Assembly: GCF_009914755.1 (NCBI RefSeq)
Contig: NC_060935.1
Reading direction: 5' to 3' (one strand)
DNA length: 64,000 nt
Source of the DNA: the human T2T-CHM13v2.0 reference genome, Homo sapiens
The notes under the pieces are model-generated. The model saw only the letters and a program-made list of their open reading frames with translations. It ran no database searches and had not been told where the DNA came from. Numbering within the stretch: position 1 is the stretch's first letter; the number at the start of each line of letters is the position of its first letter. The position numbers and the translations under genes were made by a program. This document shows, piece after piece, positions 33,631 through 47,794 of the stretch.

Positions 33631-34045
33631 CAGGAGTTCTTTACCATTTTTTGTAATGTCAACCACTTTGGCCATCTGGTAAAGCCCATGGACACCTTTC
33701 TCAAAATAATATAAAATACATTTATATACTTGCAAAGAACAAATTATATTTAAGTAAATTATAAATATTTATTGGTAATTCAAATAATAAGTTCAAGAGC
33801 AGGACTGATAACTAATACAATTTCAAAATAGTGGTAAGTATAAAGGTTATCTCAATATACATGCAGCATCTTTAACATGATACAAAATTATTTTTATTTC
33901 TATTGGTGATAAAGTGAGAGGAATCGTTAGCACTATTGAATTCATTGCCCACATTTATAAAACAATGGATATTTAAATTTCAATTACTAAATCGATAATG
34001 ATAAAGGCATTATTTCTTCATTCATGTATATGGTGCTCCATTTAT
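33631..34045 (+). mobile_element. Charlie4a-like hAT element
   Basis: caggagttctttacc...ctttggccatctggtaaagcccatggacacctttctcaaaataat; atttctattggtgataaagt. Confidence 0.7.
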
Positions 34046-34535
34046 GAACATCTAGTGGGAAAAGCACTGGTCTCAGAGTGAAAAGACTTGGGTCGGCAAT
34101 GTAATGCCACCACATTCTAAAGGTATGATTTAGGCAAGAGAGCGTAAGAACTCTTTCTCAACTTTATTTCACAGGGAGTTTTGTAAAAATTGAGTGATAT
34201 AATAACACCAATAATAATATTTATTGAGAACTTACCCTGTGGCAAGTACTATGCTCATTGCTTTAAAGGCATTAACTCAGGACATATAGGAGAGAATTCT
34301 TGATACAATCCAAAATTGTATCCAAATATATATACAAGGTTCTTACACGAAACAAGATATCTTAGAAAATCCATTTTAGCCTAGACATTTCATGGCAAAA
34401 ACTTTAAAGCCTGAAGGAATTCCAGAGGAACTTATACTGATGTTATATTGGTATTATTTTAGCAGAAGAAAAGGAACTTGAAGAGATCTATGGTCATTTT
34501 GTTGGGTGTCGCCCTGAGGAACAGAGGGATTGCAC

Positions 34536-34713
34536 ACCAGAAAATTCCACACTGACACTATCAGGCTCCGGCCTGTACTACCAGAAAATTCCACACTGAC
34601 ACTATCAGGCTCCGGCCTGTACTACCAGAAAATTCCACACTGACACTATCAGGCTCCGGCCCGTACTACCAGAAAATTCCACACTGACACTATCAGGCTC
34701 TGGCCTGTACTAC
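34536..34713. repeat. Minisatellite, 44-bp unit x4
   Basis: accagaaaattccacactgacactatcaggctccggcctgtact at 34536, 34580, 34624 and 34668; units 1-2 identical, units 3 and 4 one substitution each. Confidence 0.97.
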
Positions 34714-34879
34714 TGCTCCTGTCCAAAGCTCTTTTTTCAGTATAGTTTTGAGGTGATGGTGGTTGGGGTAATCATAAAAATATCCAACCATATAGGCACA
34801 GACTAGTCAGAAAGGACTCCTTGACATTTGGGAAAAAAATGCCAGTATTGAGCAAAAGGCTTAATACCTTAAAAATTCA

Positions 34880-36830
34880 TCCCAATATCATTTAAAAAAA
34901 CTTAAAGTAGAGAAACAGAAAAAAAGTCCTATATTATTTTAATGAAGTAAGCATACATATGATACCAACCCTAATAGTTACTGGTTTAAAAAAATATATA
35001 TATAGCTCTCCCATAAACAAGAAATGTTATTCCAGGAACATAGATATTCATCAATATTAAAAATATATTTTTATAATTTATCATATTAATAAACTAGGAG
35101 ACAAATTATATAAGCATTTCTCTGAATGCTTATAAGCCATTTGAATTTTTTGATTAAAAATAAATATCAAATATATATATTTCACTAACATTATAAAGCA
35201 TATCTATCTCAAAATCAAAGTCAACATCATACTTAAAAGAAGAAGATTAATGTATATTGTGATATCTATAATCACAATTAGTATTAATCCTTTTTGGAAA
35301 TAGCAGCCAACAATTTAGAGAATAGAAATGAGTTGTATAAAATTTAGAAGGATCTAATAAATATGATTATAAACGTGGAAACTCAAGGAAGTGATTGTAA
35401 AAACTATTAGCACTAATGAAAGAATTTTGTGAGGGCCTGAGCACAAAATATTAATACATAAAATAACAGTTTTTATATATGCAAACCAAATCCACTTAAA
35501 GGACATAAAAAAAGAAAAGAAATTCATTCAGAACAGCAATTAAGTAGATAAAATACTTAATAACACATCTAACAAGAAATGTCAAGATTTATACAAAGAT
35601 AAATTTTAAATGTTCCTGCAGTACCCAAAGACGATTTGAAGAAACAAAAAGTCATACTGAGTGTTTGAATAGGAGGATTCAACTTCATAGCAATGCCTGC
35701 ACTCCCTAAGGTACTCTACCAATTTATCATGGTACAAATACAGTACAAACCCAACTTTCCCTCGGGTTGAAAGTAAACAGTTGATTATAAATTTTATATT
35801 AAAAAACAAGCAATAATCATTTAAAAACTTAAAAAATAGCTCCAATAAAGAAGTATGATAATGGCAAATAGAGAGTCAGTGTCTCACATTAGACAGTCCA
35901 AAAATAGACTCAAATATGTATTGGAGTCTTCTGTCTAATAAAGATGGCATTACAAATAAGTAACGAAAATATGAACTATTCAGTGAAAAATTCTATATAA
36001 ACCTGATGGCCAGTTGGGGAAAAATTGGTTCAGTTTATACCTTACTCATAGTAGTAGGACAAATCTAAATGATGCAAACATTTTAAGTATTTTTGGAAAA
36101 TAAAATCATAAACTTATTGATAGAAAGCTTGGGGTGTTTAAAAATAACATCAGATTGGAAAAGGCATTTATAAATATAATCCGAGACCCAGAAGCCATTA
36201 AAACAATGTTTAAATCGTCTACATAACTGGATGACAAAAAGCACCATAAGCAAAATGAATAAATGAACAGAAAAATATTTTCAACTCATCACATGAAAAG
36301 ATAGAAAATTGGCTTCAATAAAGCTTAAAGTTTTTAAAAGATAAATAAATAAAAAATCCAATATCTAGGAGAATAATAGGAAAAGGAAAGTAAGCAGACA
36401 GTTCACATAAAAGCAAAGGCAAATGACTCTCACACACATGAAAATATGTTCAGTTTCATTCCAAAAAAATAAAAATAAATTAAATTAAATTAAACTAGTA
36501 TGCCACCTTTAACCCACTCAATTCCAAAGACAGAAAAGTTGGGTAATTCACAGTGTTGAGGAGCATATAGGGAAAGAGGTATTCATATTATTGGCTAGGA
36601 TAAAATCCGCACATCTATAGAACACAATTTTACAATGTTTGGCAAAATATGTATTATATATATTACTTGAATATACACCAAATGACTGCTATATAAAGTT
36701 GTTTGTTGCAGAAATATTTATTAATGTCCATCAATAAAAGGCTGCCTAAACAAATTGTGGTACTTTCCTATAATGTATCTCTTCCATGTTTACTAAGAGT
36801 TTTTATACACAGGTAAGTTATATTTATATA
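34880..36830 (+). mobile_element. Ancient L1 (L1ME-like) ORF2/3' remnant
   Basis: Colinear decayed ORF2 landmarks: gtcaacatcatactta, aaaactattagcactaatga, aaaatacttaataacacatctaacaagaaatgt, acccagaagccatt, gacagttcaca, aatgtccatcaata. Confidence 0.65.
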
Positions 36831-37194
36831 TCTTCACAGTTTTGTATGTTTGCTTAAGAAATAAACTCACGATATTTATAAGGCTTTTAACTATAAATAA
36901 GATAATATTCTATATAGTTTATTGCATTCTATAAGTTTTAAATAAGCAGTGCATGTTTCATGTAACAAATTCTAGAAAATTGTGAACTAAATTTTTTAAA
37001 ACTGCAAAAAATCTTACAGATTGTCATTATTCACCTGTTATCTGTCACTATCAGCATTTATACATTAACAGGTGAACTTTTCATCTCACCAGAAGCCTGT
37101 ATGGTCACTGACTGCAGGGAAATCATAAAAAGCATTCTGAGAGAGATCTTAACAAAACATATGTGAGTATTGTACTCATTTATTTATTTATAGA

Positions 37195-37280
37195 GTTAGG
37201 TAAGTAGTAGGCAGGTAGGTGAGTAGGTTTAGATAAATGAAGATAGATAGGCAGATGGAAGGACAGACGGATAGATAGAG
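37195..37280. repeat. Imperfect (GGTA)/(GATA) tetranucleotide tract
   Basis: Directly visible. Confidence 0.7.
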
Positions 37281-37443
37281 TCAGTGTGTAATTCTTTGTT
37301 TCTTCATCAATGTTACTGCCCAATCACATGCATAAACACCTACTCCTGCCTCTCTTTTAGACCCTGACACCATCTTTTAACTCAGATAGTCTTACTATAA
37401 TACAACATGAAAGAGTTCAAGTCAGTGATCCTTTCCCCTAGAG

Positions 37444-37713
37444 CAGTATTTTCAAAGTATGGGTTTCAAATAAAATGTGGATCTTAAATGCAATTTACTG
37501 GGTCATAAACAGCATTTTATTTGAATAGAAAAAACAGAACTGAATAGAGAACATAAAAACATGCATAATAAATAGGTTTAGATATTGTTTCACAACAATT
37601 TTCTTTGAATTTTAGTCGCAATTTCATTTATGATGTGTGGACTGGTTTTGACAAAAAAACATATTTCTTAGAGTGGGGCAAGATAAAAAGCCAAAAATAT
37701 TTGAAAATCATTG
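37444..37713. mobile_element. hAT-Charlie-type non-autonomous element
   Basis: Terminal inverted repeats cagtatttttcaaa...tttgaaaatcattg; internal caatttactgggtc and tatttctta; exact family uncertain. Confidence 0.55.
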
Positions 37714-37829
37714 CCACATTTTAGGTACCAAAAAGCAGATGGGAGGATTTAATCTAAGATCTAGATAAGAAATCATTTTCCAGGGCTTTGCAAATTAAAT
37801 CACAGCTAAAGCAATTAATGTTTACATTG

Positions 37830-38530
37830 AATTTACTAAATGTTTTTACATTCATCTTCCAATTGATCTTCTAAATCATTCCCTTTATGCAGATAAGGTA
37901 ACCGAGATTTAGTAGAGTGTCTTTTCCAAGTTCATTTAGCTAAGAAGCCATAATGTAGAATTAGAAATCCAGCCCAGGCTGAATCCTATACCTTCTTGAT
38001 TGACAGAGATGGCAAACCAATTTATTCATTTGTTTATTCACTCATTCAAAAACGTTTACTGCATACTCCCTGTCCACTATAAACCAAAAAAAATGTCTAT
38101 TATATATATTTCAGCCATAGCGCTGAGAACAGGGAGGAAACTGAGGGCAAAACAGACAACGCCCTTGTTTTCATGGGGCCCACAGTGTAACATCAATAAG
38201 ACTGGCAAGTAGCAACATGTGAGTGGACCTCGAGAAAGTTCACCTTCTCTCTGAACACTGATCTCACTGATACCTGAGACTCGTGATGCAAATTAAAAAG
38301 CAGGGATTTGCCATTACACCAACCCATGTTCAAATCCTCACTTCTTTCTCTACCCTGATTGCATGCTTTTGATGTTGGGCAAGTTACTTCTCAGCCTCAG
38401 CTTCCTCATTCTAAAATGGAGATTAGAACACCTAAATTGCAGGGCTGTTGGGAGGGGGATTAGAAATAATACACTAAAAATTCAGAGGCCCATGTTTTGT
38501 ACCTGGGGCAGCTATTATTATTAGCTATTG
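37830..38530. mobile_element. Cluster of MIR (-), L2 3' end (-) and MIR (+) fragments
   Basis: tttatgcagataaggtaaccgag; ttcattcatt-like L2 tail (38020-38200); ttgggcaagttacttctcagcctcagcttcctcattctaaaatgg. Confidence 0.6.
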
Positions 38531-40528
38531 TACCAGTGAATCCACACAAATTCTGCAGGATACTCGCTTAAAACACAGGGGCTCAGACATCAGTGTTAAC
38601 AGTGATAGATAGGAAAACACCCTAATAAACGCCTGTCAAGCCTCTTGCATGTATAAATGCCAATTTGTAGGCCCTGGCAAATATAAATATAAAAGCTGTC
38701 TACAAATAATGTGTTTAATGAGGACAATAAAAACACAACACAGCACAGAGAAAATTGAGAGCTCAATATTGCCATCAGTGCCAACGTATTTCATTTGTTT
38801 CATCTACATAAGTCTACAAAGCCAAGCTTGCTTACTACTGAAAATTATCTTGATTCAGTGGTAACTGGTTCTGCTTAAGGCACCCAGGCCTATCTAAATG
38901 TAAAATACTCCCCTCAGGACACTTAGGAAGGCTGAAGCTATTTGGCAACAATCATTTTAAAGTTCCCTGTAAACATTTATCCTGACCGTTGATACCATCC
39001 CATTCTCTGGAGTTTAGCATCCCTAGGGTAAACACCACAAACTATGTGAAATTAGGTGGTGGTTAGAAGATGTAGCTTCACTAAAAAGAGTGAAAAGTAA
39101 TAGAAACTCTTATGAATTTGTCTACAGTAAAAACCTGTTGTTAGTTTAGGAAAGGTTTGTTTAAGCTCTGACATTTCAAAATAAGGCATCAAATATTTTA
39201 GGCTGCTTAATTTTTGCAAGCTGCGAAACTTGTGCTTTTGAAAAGGAAAAAAAGAAAAACAAAAACAAATGAGGAACGTTTAAAGAATCTTTTCTTCCTC
39301 CTCAGTTCTGTCAGCCCCAGACAGACTGAAAAGAGTTCCCTGAGCTAAGGCTTTTTATAAGGTTAAAGTAAAGGATTTAAAGTAAATAGAAAAGATTACT
39401 TTATTCATATTAAACAAACTAGTCTTGAGAGAGAAGTAAATAATTCACATTGGGGAAAGACATGGATTCTTCTAGTCTACTGAACTAGAAGAGGTAATTT
39501 ACTAGATACTATACAAATGGCCAAAAAATTACATTTTATGCACATTCATTTGTTCTCTCCCCCCTCCCAATCCCAGCCCAAACCACTGACTTCATTCAAA
39601 GACTGAGATGAGGAATGTTCAGGAATCCTGGTTTCCCACTTACAGATAGTTAAATAACAAGCATGGTTAACACGGATGATTTTATACTAGTGGCTAAGGA
39701 GCTTCCCATTCTCAGAACCTCAACCTAACTCTAAACTAGAGCTGCCTGCTTCTCTTCTCTCCTGTAGAATCTAACTTTTCTTAGTACAGAAGGTTTCCTC
39801 CAGACTCTAACCCCATGTAATCCAAAGGTCCCTCCACCTGCCCAATGCATTCAGAGAAAAAAATAATTAGCAACCCAGATATTGGAAAAGAACAAATTGG
39901 CACATAATGCCTCACATACATGACAGTAGAATAGACTATTTTAAGGAGAGAGATATTCCCTGGTGAAATAATATCTAAAATCTTTGTTTGCAGCAGAAAT
40001 ATAAATATAATTACTATACACAAATAGGCTTGATTATTTGTAGTATGTTGACCTTCACACTGTTAGTTATCTACCAAACATCTCTAGGGAAGAGCACAAA
40101 ATTCAGAAAGAGGAAAACCAAATGAGTTGTCGTCAGTGTCTCTTCTGACCTAATGGTGTCATTTTACAAAGAAAAACCTCCTCTACCTCAGCAACCCCAA
40201 GATTTTTTGATTAACTGGAGAAAAAACATTCCCTCGCCCAGGGCTGCACCCATACAACCTTTCCACATCACTTGGTTCTCACAGACAGGATGGTTTTCCA
40301 CATTCCCCATCCCCAGATCTTTCAGGCAGTACTCAACTGTTCAATCCTACCTGACTTCCATCCAAGGTTAAGGCCACTGCTAGGTCCTTCCTACATCTTC
40401 CACCCTTAGAGTCAGCATTTCTGCCTTTCTCTCCCAGGTAGTTGAAACAGTCAAGGCAAAAATAATTGTTTCCCATACCCACAGTCTATGCTTAAGATCT
40501 GAGGAGACTGAGAACTACTCCTTGAGAT

Positions 40529-40707
40529 CAGTGGCTCTTAAACGTTAGCAGCATCAGAATCAGTTGGAGGGCTTGTTAAACAGGATGTCCGGGCTGCACT
40601 TCCAGAGTGTCTTATTTAGAAGGTCTGGGACGAAGCCTGGGTGTGTATATTTCTCAGAAATATCCCAGTAGGACTGATGCTGTTGGTCTGGGACCACACT
40701 CCGAAAT
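40529..40707. mobile_element. MER5A (hAT-Charlie)
   Basis: cagtggctcttaaac...gcatcagaatcagttggagggcttgttaaa...gatgctgttggtctgggaccacact. Confidence 0.85.
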
Positions 40708-42838
40708 TTTAGACAAATATCCTGCTGATGATGGGGGAAGTTGACAACCCAATCTTGGTCAATGGAGTAGATAAGATCTACATCCCAAAGACTGAGAGTG
40801 GAGGTCTTGGTCTTAGACAAAGGAAGAATGGAATGACTCCAGAATATAACTTTAAAAATCTCAGTAAAAGGTTTTCTCACAAAGTAAAACTGCATAAGAA
40901 TAGGGATACCACTCTGAATTGACGGTACCTGATTTCAATAAACTGTGTCTGACATAAGGAGTCTCAATACAGTGATTAATTCTAAGAAAGCTGTACTGCA
41001 TCATATTTATCCCTTGGTACAGTAGGGTGACCACAGTTGCATCCTATATAACATGAAACAATATTTAATTTGGAAATGTTAAGTGAGTTTTAGGGCAATA
41101 GCAAAGGTAGAGACCTTTTAAATCAAGTGAGAAGAAACTGCTAGTTAGAGGTAATAAAAATATATTCTTAGGGCAAAGAACATTTATTAAAAGACTTCTA
41201 CAACTTATACAAAGGATAATATTAGGCTGAACCTTTTTAAATTGCCAATACCTAAATGCATTTGACCTACAAAACAACAGCTTATTGTGGTTCAATCTAC
41301 CAGTAATCTCAGTAACAAAGTGCCGTGTATTTCATTGAAAGCAGGTGAAAATCATTAGTTTGAAGATGCGCAAGCAAAGATATTACATCTATTTTCTTCA
41401 CTGCTCTCCCTGGTGAATTTCTATGCCTGGCACATGGTGACCACTTAATAAATGTTGGTTGCATAAATAAATGGTCTATGTGGAATTAGGTGTTTTCAGA
41501 ACAATGAAATTCCCTAAATAGGTATGGTTGGAGACCGAGTTTATTTTGATCTTGTGTGTCTTGTGCTGAGTTATTAATCTTGTCTATTTCCATGAATTAA
41601 TTTTCTTTTCTTATTTTTTATTTTACTCCTGTGAGGTCACCCATTGGACCATAGCATGTACATAACTGTTGTCTAGACCGCGAACCAAGATGTATCTTGC
41701 CCTCTCAACCCCTTCTGTCTTGCAGAACTGAATCATTTCATTGTTACACTTGCAATCCCTGTTTTCTAAAGCTTCCACTGGACGCCCTTTAACCTTTGCC
41801 AGGTTTCTACTTCTTATTTGAATGTCCTTCATCTTTTCCAATTGTCCTTTGGCTGGATTCAATGCTTAAGTGACTATTACTTTGCAATGCACATGCTGTA
41901 ACCTCAATTTTCCACTCACTGGTGTTTATTTTCTGAGGAAAATTGCACTTCATTATAGATCTATTCATCTGTGAGTTGGGGGGAATATAGTATTATTCCA
42001 GGAGTAAATGGGCCACTTTTTCCTCCTTTTGCTCGGGTAGCAAATGGGAAAATAAGTTTGGGTTCTTTTGCAGTTGATTTGCAAGGATACTTAATCAGAA
42101 TTGTTAGAGCTGTGGCAATTCCTCAATATCAAGACAGAATATAATATTACTTATGAAATGTAAACAAAAGGGCTGTACTTGAAAATTCCAGTGCACTATA
42201 AACCCACAGCAGGTAAAAATCACATATGATTCAAAGAACTCACAGCTGTGCAACACTATCTAGCTCAATATGCTAGCACCTCACTTCACACAACAAAGGT
42301 GCTTTGAAAAATAGCTTGTCTATTAAATTTTTATGGACTGACTCATATTTTAAGTGTCATAGAGAACACATAGCTAAAAATTAAACAATGCATTTAAATA
42401 GCATTTTAGATTTTACAAGGGTTTTTATATAAAAATATGACACCGGGTTGTCATCACAAAGAGAACTGTCAGGGCAATAAAACCAATAGCAGTATGATCC
42501 CATTTCATTGGTCAGGTTGGATTACATGACTCACCTAAGTTCACACAATATGTGGCAGAATTCAGTTATTAAGGAAATATTTTGTCCTAAAACTCAAGTT
42601 TTTCCCTCTTTTTCAGGTTGCAGGCATCTATAGTTTAACTTTCAATTTTAGATATCAGTCTGGTTTTAACTCAGTGCTCTTTATTTGGACCTCTTTCCTA
42701 TAGAGTTGGTGATATTTCCTATAAATTATGCCTATATGATCTACATCAAGATCTGAATTATTGATAGGCATAATTCTCTTTGATATTTTAGTTTTCTAGA
42801 AGAGCTCACACAGGACTTTGGTTAAATGTAAAGAACTG

Positions 42839-43197
42839 TGTCTTAGACTGTTCCAGTTGCTATAAAAAATGCCATAGACTGGGTAGCTTCTGAACAACAG
42901 AAATTTATTTCTTATAGTTCTGGAAGCTGGGAAGTCCAAGAGCAAGGTAAAGGGAGATTTGGAATCTGGCAAGGGACCATTCCTCATAGACAAGCACCTG
43001 TTTCTGTCCTCACTTGGTGGAAGGGTCAAACAAGCTCCCTAGGGACTCTTGTCTAATGGCACTAATAACATTCATGAGGACTCTGTCCTCATGACTTAAT
43101 CACCTCCCCAAAAAACCACATGTCTTAATACTATCATACTGGGGACGAAGTTTCAACATGTGGATTTGGGGGGAACATAAGCAGTCTTACCATAGCA
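42839..43197 (-). mobile_element. MLT1A/MLT1A0 MaLR solo LTR
   Basis: tgtcttag...gaaatttatttcttatagttctggaagctgggaagtccaag...ccatagca; 5-bp TSD aactg/gactg. Confidence 0.88.
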
Positions 43198-43499
43198 GAC
43201 TGCCTCTATATTTTTGGTATGAAAGTCCATTTTTGGCATGGAACTACCGGGGGGAAACAGGGAGACACGGCGTTTTAGGTCCCTGTGATGTGACCCTGGC
43301 TTTATTTCTCTGACATTCCAATGAAGATTACCTACTCCAGAGACTATAGATTTATAATGGGGAAACTTCTATAATTTTTTTGTTTGTTTGACGTGAACAT
43401 CTTTAGTAGATAGGAACATAGCTTGAATATTTGATAACAAAGTCAAACTTAGGATAAAAAATTAACAGCAAAAGCAACAGGCTAGACAAGAGTAAATGT

Positions 43500-44075
43500 G
43501 TAACTTCTCAATGTTTAACATGATGTACAAAGTTCTCTGCGATCTAGCTCTTGCCTACATTTTTCTTCTGCTATCTTCTAGTCTCATTGGAAGCAAGTGG
43601 GAAAGAATAATATATTATTTCAAAGGGGAAATAATTAATCTATTCCACCACAAGGGGCCACGGTTTAAGCCACAATGTCCTTAACCATGTTTCCATAGAG
43701 TTACTTAAGTAGTATGAAAAAGCACAAACTTCAACAAACTTGAACGTCCCAAACTTCTTTTTCAGAGTACATGTCAAGTATTACCTCTTTTATGTAGTAC
43801 TCCTTACCCTTTCCTGGAAAAACTGACTTACTCCATTTACGTGTTGCTCAGGAGCTCAGTTTGGCTTGTTATACTTATTTTGAGACACTACTATAAGCTC
43901 TGAGCACTATACTCAATGCTAGTACTTTACTAATGTGTTTATCATAGTATTTGTTTTTCAGATTACCTACCTTTCTCCATAGCTAGACTGTGATTCAATG
44001 GAAGACAGACCCCATGTCTTATAAATCTATTCCACCACAAGGGCCCATCATAGTTCTTAGCAAAAAAATCTTCTG
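43500..44075 (+). mobile_element. L2 3' fragments
   Basis: tacaaagttctctgcgatctagctcttgcctac; ctagactgtga...cccatgtctta; decayed. Confidence 0.5.
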
Positions 44076-45019
44076 TGTCAATCATAGCAGAAATAAAGCT
44101 GAAAAAGACATAGGGTTTTCATATACATCATCAAAGTACTCACAAGCTTGCTATGGAGGTAAATAATAAAATTTTCAAGCATTGATCACCAGATGAAATC
44201 TGGTGAATATGGCTGCAAAAAAAAAGCCTACCCGTGTTATGAAGCAGGGTGACTTGCTTGGTAGATGCCAGTTAGCATCATGGTTTGTAGCCTGAGAGCA
44301 TTTTATATTAATGAATTGGGAAACTAATGGCTTGTGAGACCCATTAATATTATTTCAGATAGTTAAATGTCAGTATCCACTGTAGAAGGGCAGAGACCTG
44401 ACTCAATTGGGGAATGTCCTTGCAGGAAGCAGTAAAGCAAAGGTAAAAAATAAAACGTGTGGCCAGGAAAAGGCAGTAAAATTCAAACTACAGAAGCTGC
44501 ACTTTTCCCCATGTCTGGGTCCCAGTAATGAACAAGGGGCTTAGAACAGGAAGTGACTGACAGATGTTAGAATTATCCACCATCCCCACACCAAGCATAT
44601 GGGAATATCTGCAAAATGGTTCATGATTTTTCTGTAAAAAGAAACTGGTATGTCTATAATTCTTTACTCTCTGTTCTGGCCTCGGGATCTCCTGAAGGAG
44701 AGAGTAGCTTGGGTTATAGACAAATGCGACAATTACATAAGGTTAAAAACTCCTTGTCACTGCCATACTGGCCCTCAGATCTTTTCCATTTACTGAGAGG
44801 GTATCTGAAATTTCTACAATTCCATATTTTTTTTCAAGTAAGAACACTGGTAGCATCTCTTGAAATAGCATTACAGGAAGACATAAAGAGTAGAATGTGA
44901 GAGTAATACATATAAGAAATACTCTAGCCTAAAAGCTCACTTTAGACATGGAAAAATCAAGAAATGAAGAGTGAAATGGAATTGTCCAAGGAACAGAGGT
45001 TATAACATTATAGTGATTG

Positions 45020-45245
45020 AAATTAATTTATTACCAACTTAACAACAGGTACGGTGTTAGGCAAGGGCATAGTTGTTATCTCATTTAATCCTCAGCGTGA
45101 CTCTGCAAGTAGGCTTTTATATCTTCATTTCACAAATGGGGAAGGTGACATTCAGGGATATTAATCAGTTTTCTTCAGATGGTAGAGTTAGTGAGGGACA
45201 GGAGAGCCAGAATTCGTACTCCACCTTAAGTGAAAGCAAAGCCAA
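45020..45245 (-). mobile_element. MIR
   Basis: tatctcatttaatcctcagc...tcttcatttcacaaatggggaagg. Confidence 0.65.
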
Positions 45246-45377
45246 TAATATGAATCTAATTTATCAAAGATTTTGGCCAGCACATTTTAGTCATATTATT
45301 TCCCAAACTCTTAAATGTTAACCTACATTGGCTAAAAAGCAAAATTTTATTATCAGATGTTGAAATTTATTTTTCCT

Positions 45378-45669
<292 letters not shown>

Positions 45670-46614
45670 TATTTTTCCTATTCTTAAAGTATTTTTTTTT
45701 GTTTTTCTCCACCAAGAGAGTTTCCATCTTTCCTTGTGTATGTTGAGGTTTCATCCATGTCCAGCAGGGGCTCTGGCCTTTGCAATAAAATCTACTTATG
45801 CACCAGATGAGAACATTGCACACTAACTGGAAAATCATTAAAAGAAGCACTTCCACGTGTATACTTTAAGATTAATGTCTCTGTCCTCATTTATGAACCA
45901 GAGAGATGTGTGTAAGAACAAATTGAGGCTATCAAGTACATTTTGCCATTTCTGTCTTCCTCTATAGAGCTCTTCCCCTCACAACCCTCTAACCCTGCCC
46001 CCCACTATGCTTAACATAACCTGCAACCTTCAGACTCACTCATCTGCCCATAACTGAGGCCCAGCCACTTGTGGTGCACAAAAGGTTCAGTTCCTACAGG
46101 AAGGCATCCAAAAAGCATAGCCGAGTAGCACTGATACTCTCAACTTAGAAGGGCCTATAAGTGAATTGAAACTAGCAGTTTCGAGGATACAGTATGTTCC
46201 CAAGCACTGCGTTATGTAGTTTACAAACTAAATTGTGCTTATTCATAATTTAACAACTCTATTGGGAATATAATTAAATTGGGCTCTTAGTACGTATGAA
46301 GAACTATTAGAAATGTTAAACAGGCATTGATTTGTTTAATTTTAAATAGCATTAAAAAACTTTAAAAATTAGGGCAGTAACCCTCAATGTTGTCCAAATT
46401 CCAAAGTCACTTAACTTGTAGTAGCAGCTCATTTTTTCCTGGTGCTTTGTTTTTAAGTGAAAATGTATTTCAGAGTCCTGTTTAACTATATTTTGGGTTT
46501 TAAATTTCCTGGGATGAATATCAGTCTGGATTATCTTCTAAAAGACAAAAGGCGAGAGTTGTCCATGATTGTCACAAAAATCATAAAAGGTGACCATTCT
46601 AAGAAGCTTTAACA

Positions 46615-46760
46615 TTACCTATTCCAACAGCCTTCTACCTCCCATTTTGCAAATAGGGAAGCTGAAATCCTGACAGGTGATATGGCTCAAGCCATGCAGC
46701 TAGTTAATGACAAGGTCAGTGTTCAAATTCGGTTCTCCTTTGACACATTCCCACAGTCCT
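46615..46760 (-). mobile_element. MIR
   Basis: cccattttgcaaatagggaagctga...ctcaagccatgcagctagttaatgaca. Confidence 0.6.
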
Positions 46761-47463
46761 TCCAGGATAATACAGAATCTGGTCCCCTGCCTTTGTCCAT
46801 CAGAGAAAACAAACTAAATAGAAACCCAAACATGCAAAATCTATGAAGCCTAAAGAGACCCCCATTTAACTACATAAAGGGCTACTTTGATCATGGCCAA
46901 ATTCTTCAATGACAGCATCCTAAGTGAAAAGCCTGCTCTGTTGCCTACAGAAAAATGTCCAAATTCCTTATTATTTTTAGATAGCCCTTAAATATGTTTG
47001 ATCTGTGCTTACCTCTTGGCTCTATACTACTGTGGCTATTTACCTCAAAATAAATATTTTGGTATCACTTGAAACAATCCAAACCAATCCTCAACTGCTT
47101 TTTCTAGATATCCTTTTGTATCCTTCAACAGGCTGTTTTAGGACAGTATTCACACAATGTTTATTTAGTGAATAGAGGAATTTGGTATTATGCCACACAG
47201 TACAAAAAGCACAATGAGATTCACCCACTTAACTATAATTCTTTATCCCATTATGTAGCATCTTGACACTATATAGAAATTTATTCTCCCTGAAGGACAC
47301 AGAAAAAAAATCTTGAAATTCAGAAACGTGCACATCACCAAAAAAAAAAATCTATATTCTTTCAATTTCTTCCTATCCTAAATGATACTAAAGTGACAGA
47401 AAATACATGCCACAGTCTCCCAAAGTAAGTGCAGGCTTCTTCTGAGAAAGCTCTGTTTCTTAG

Positions 47464-47794
<331 letters not shown>

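Noticed and set aside
34536-34713. CRISPR-like array
   Set aside because: Units are contiguous with no unique spacers, there are no cas genes and the DNA is primate; it is a minisatellite.
41623-41862. 79-aa minus-strand ORF in unique sequence
   Set aside because: Non-ATG start, no recognisable homology and no convincing splice sites; the length is expected by chance.
43072-43094. Hairpin tcatgaggac-tct-gtcctcatga
   Set aside because: Lies inside the MLT1A LTR, whose consensus is quasi-palindromic at this position.
44186-44206. Perfect 9-bp hairpin tcaccagat-gaa-atctggtga
   Set aside because: A few stems of this length are expected by chance in 64 kb; no supporting context.
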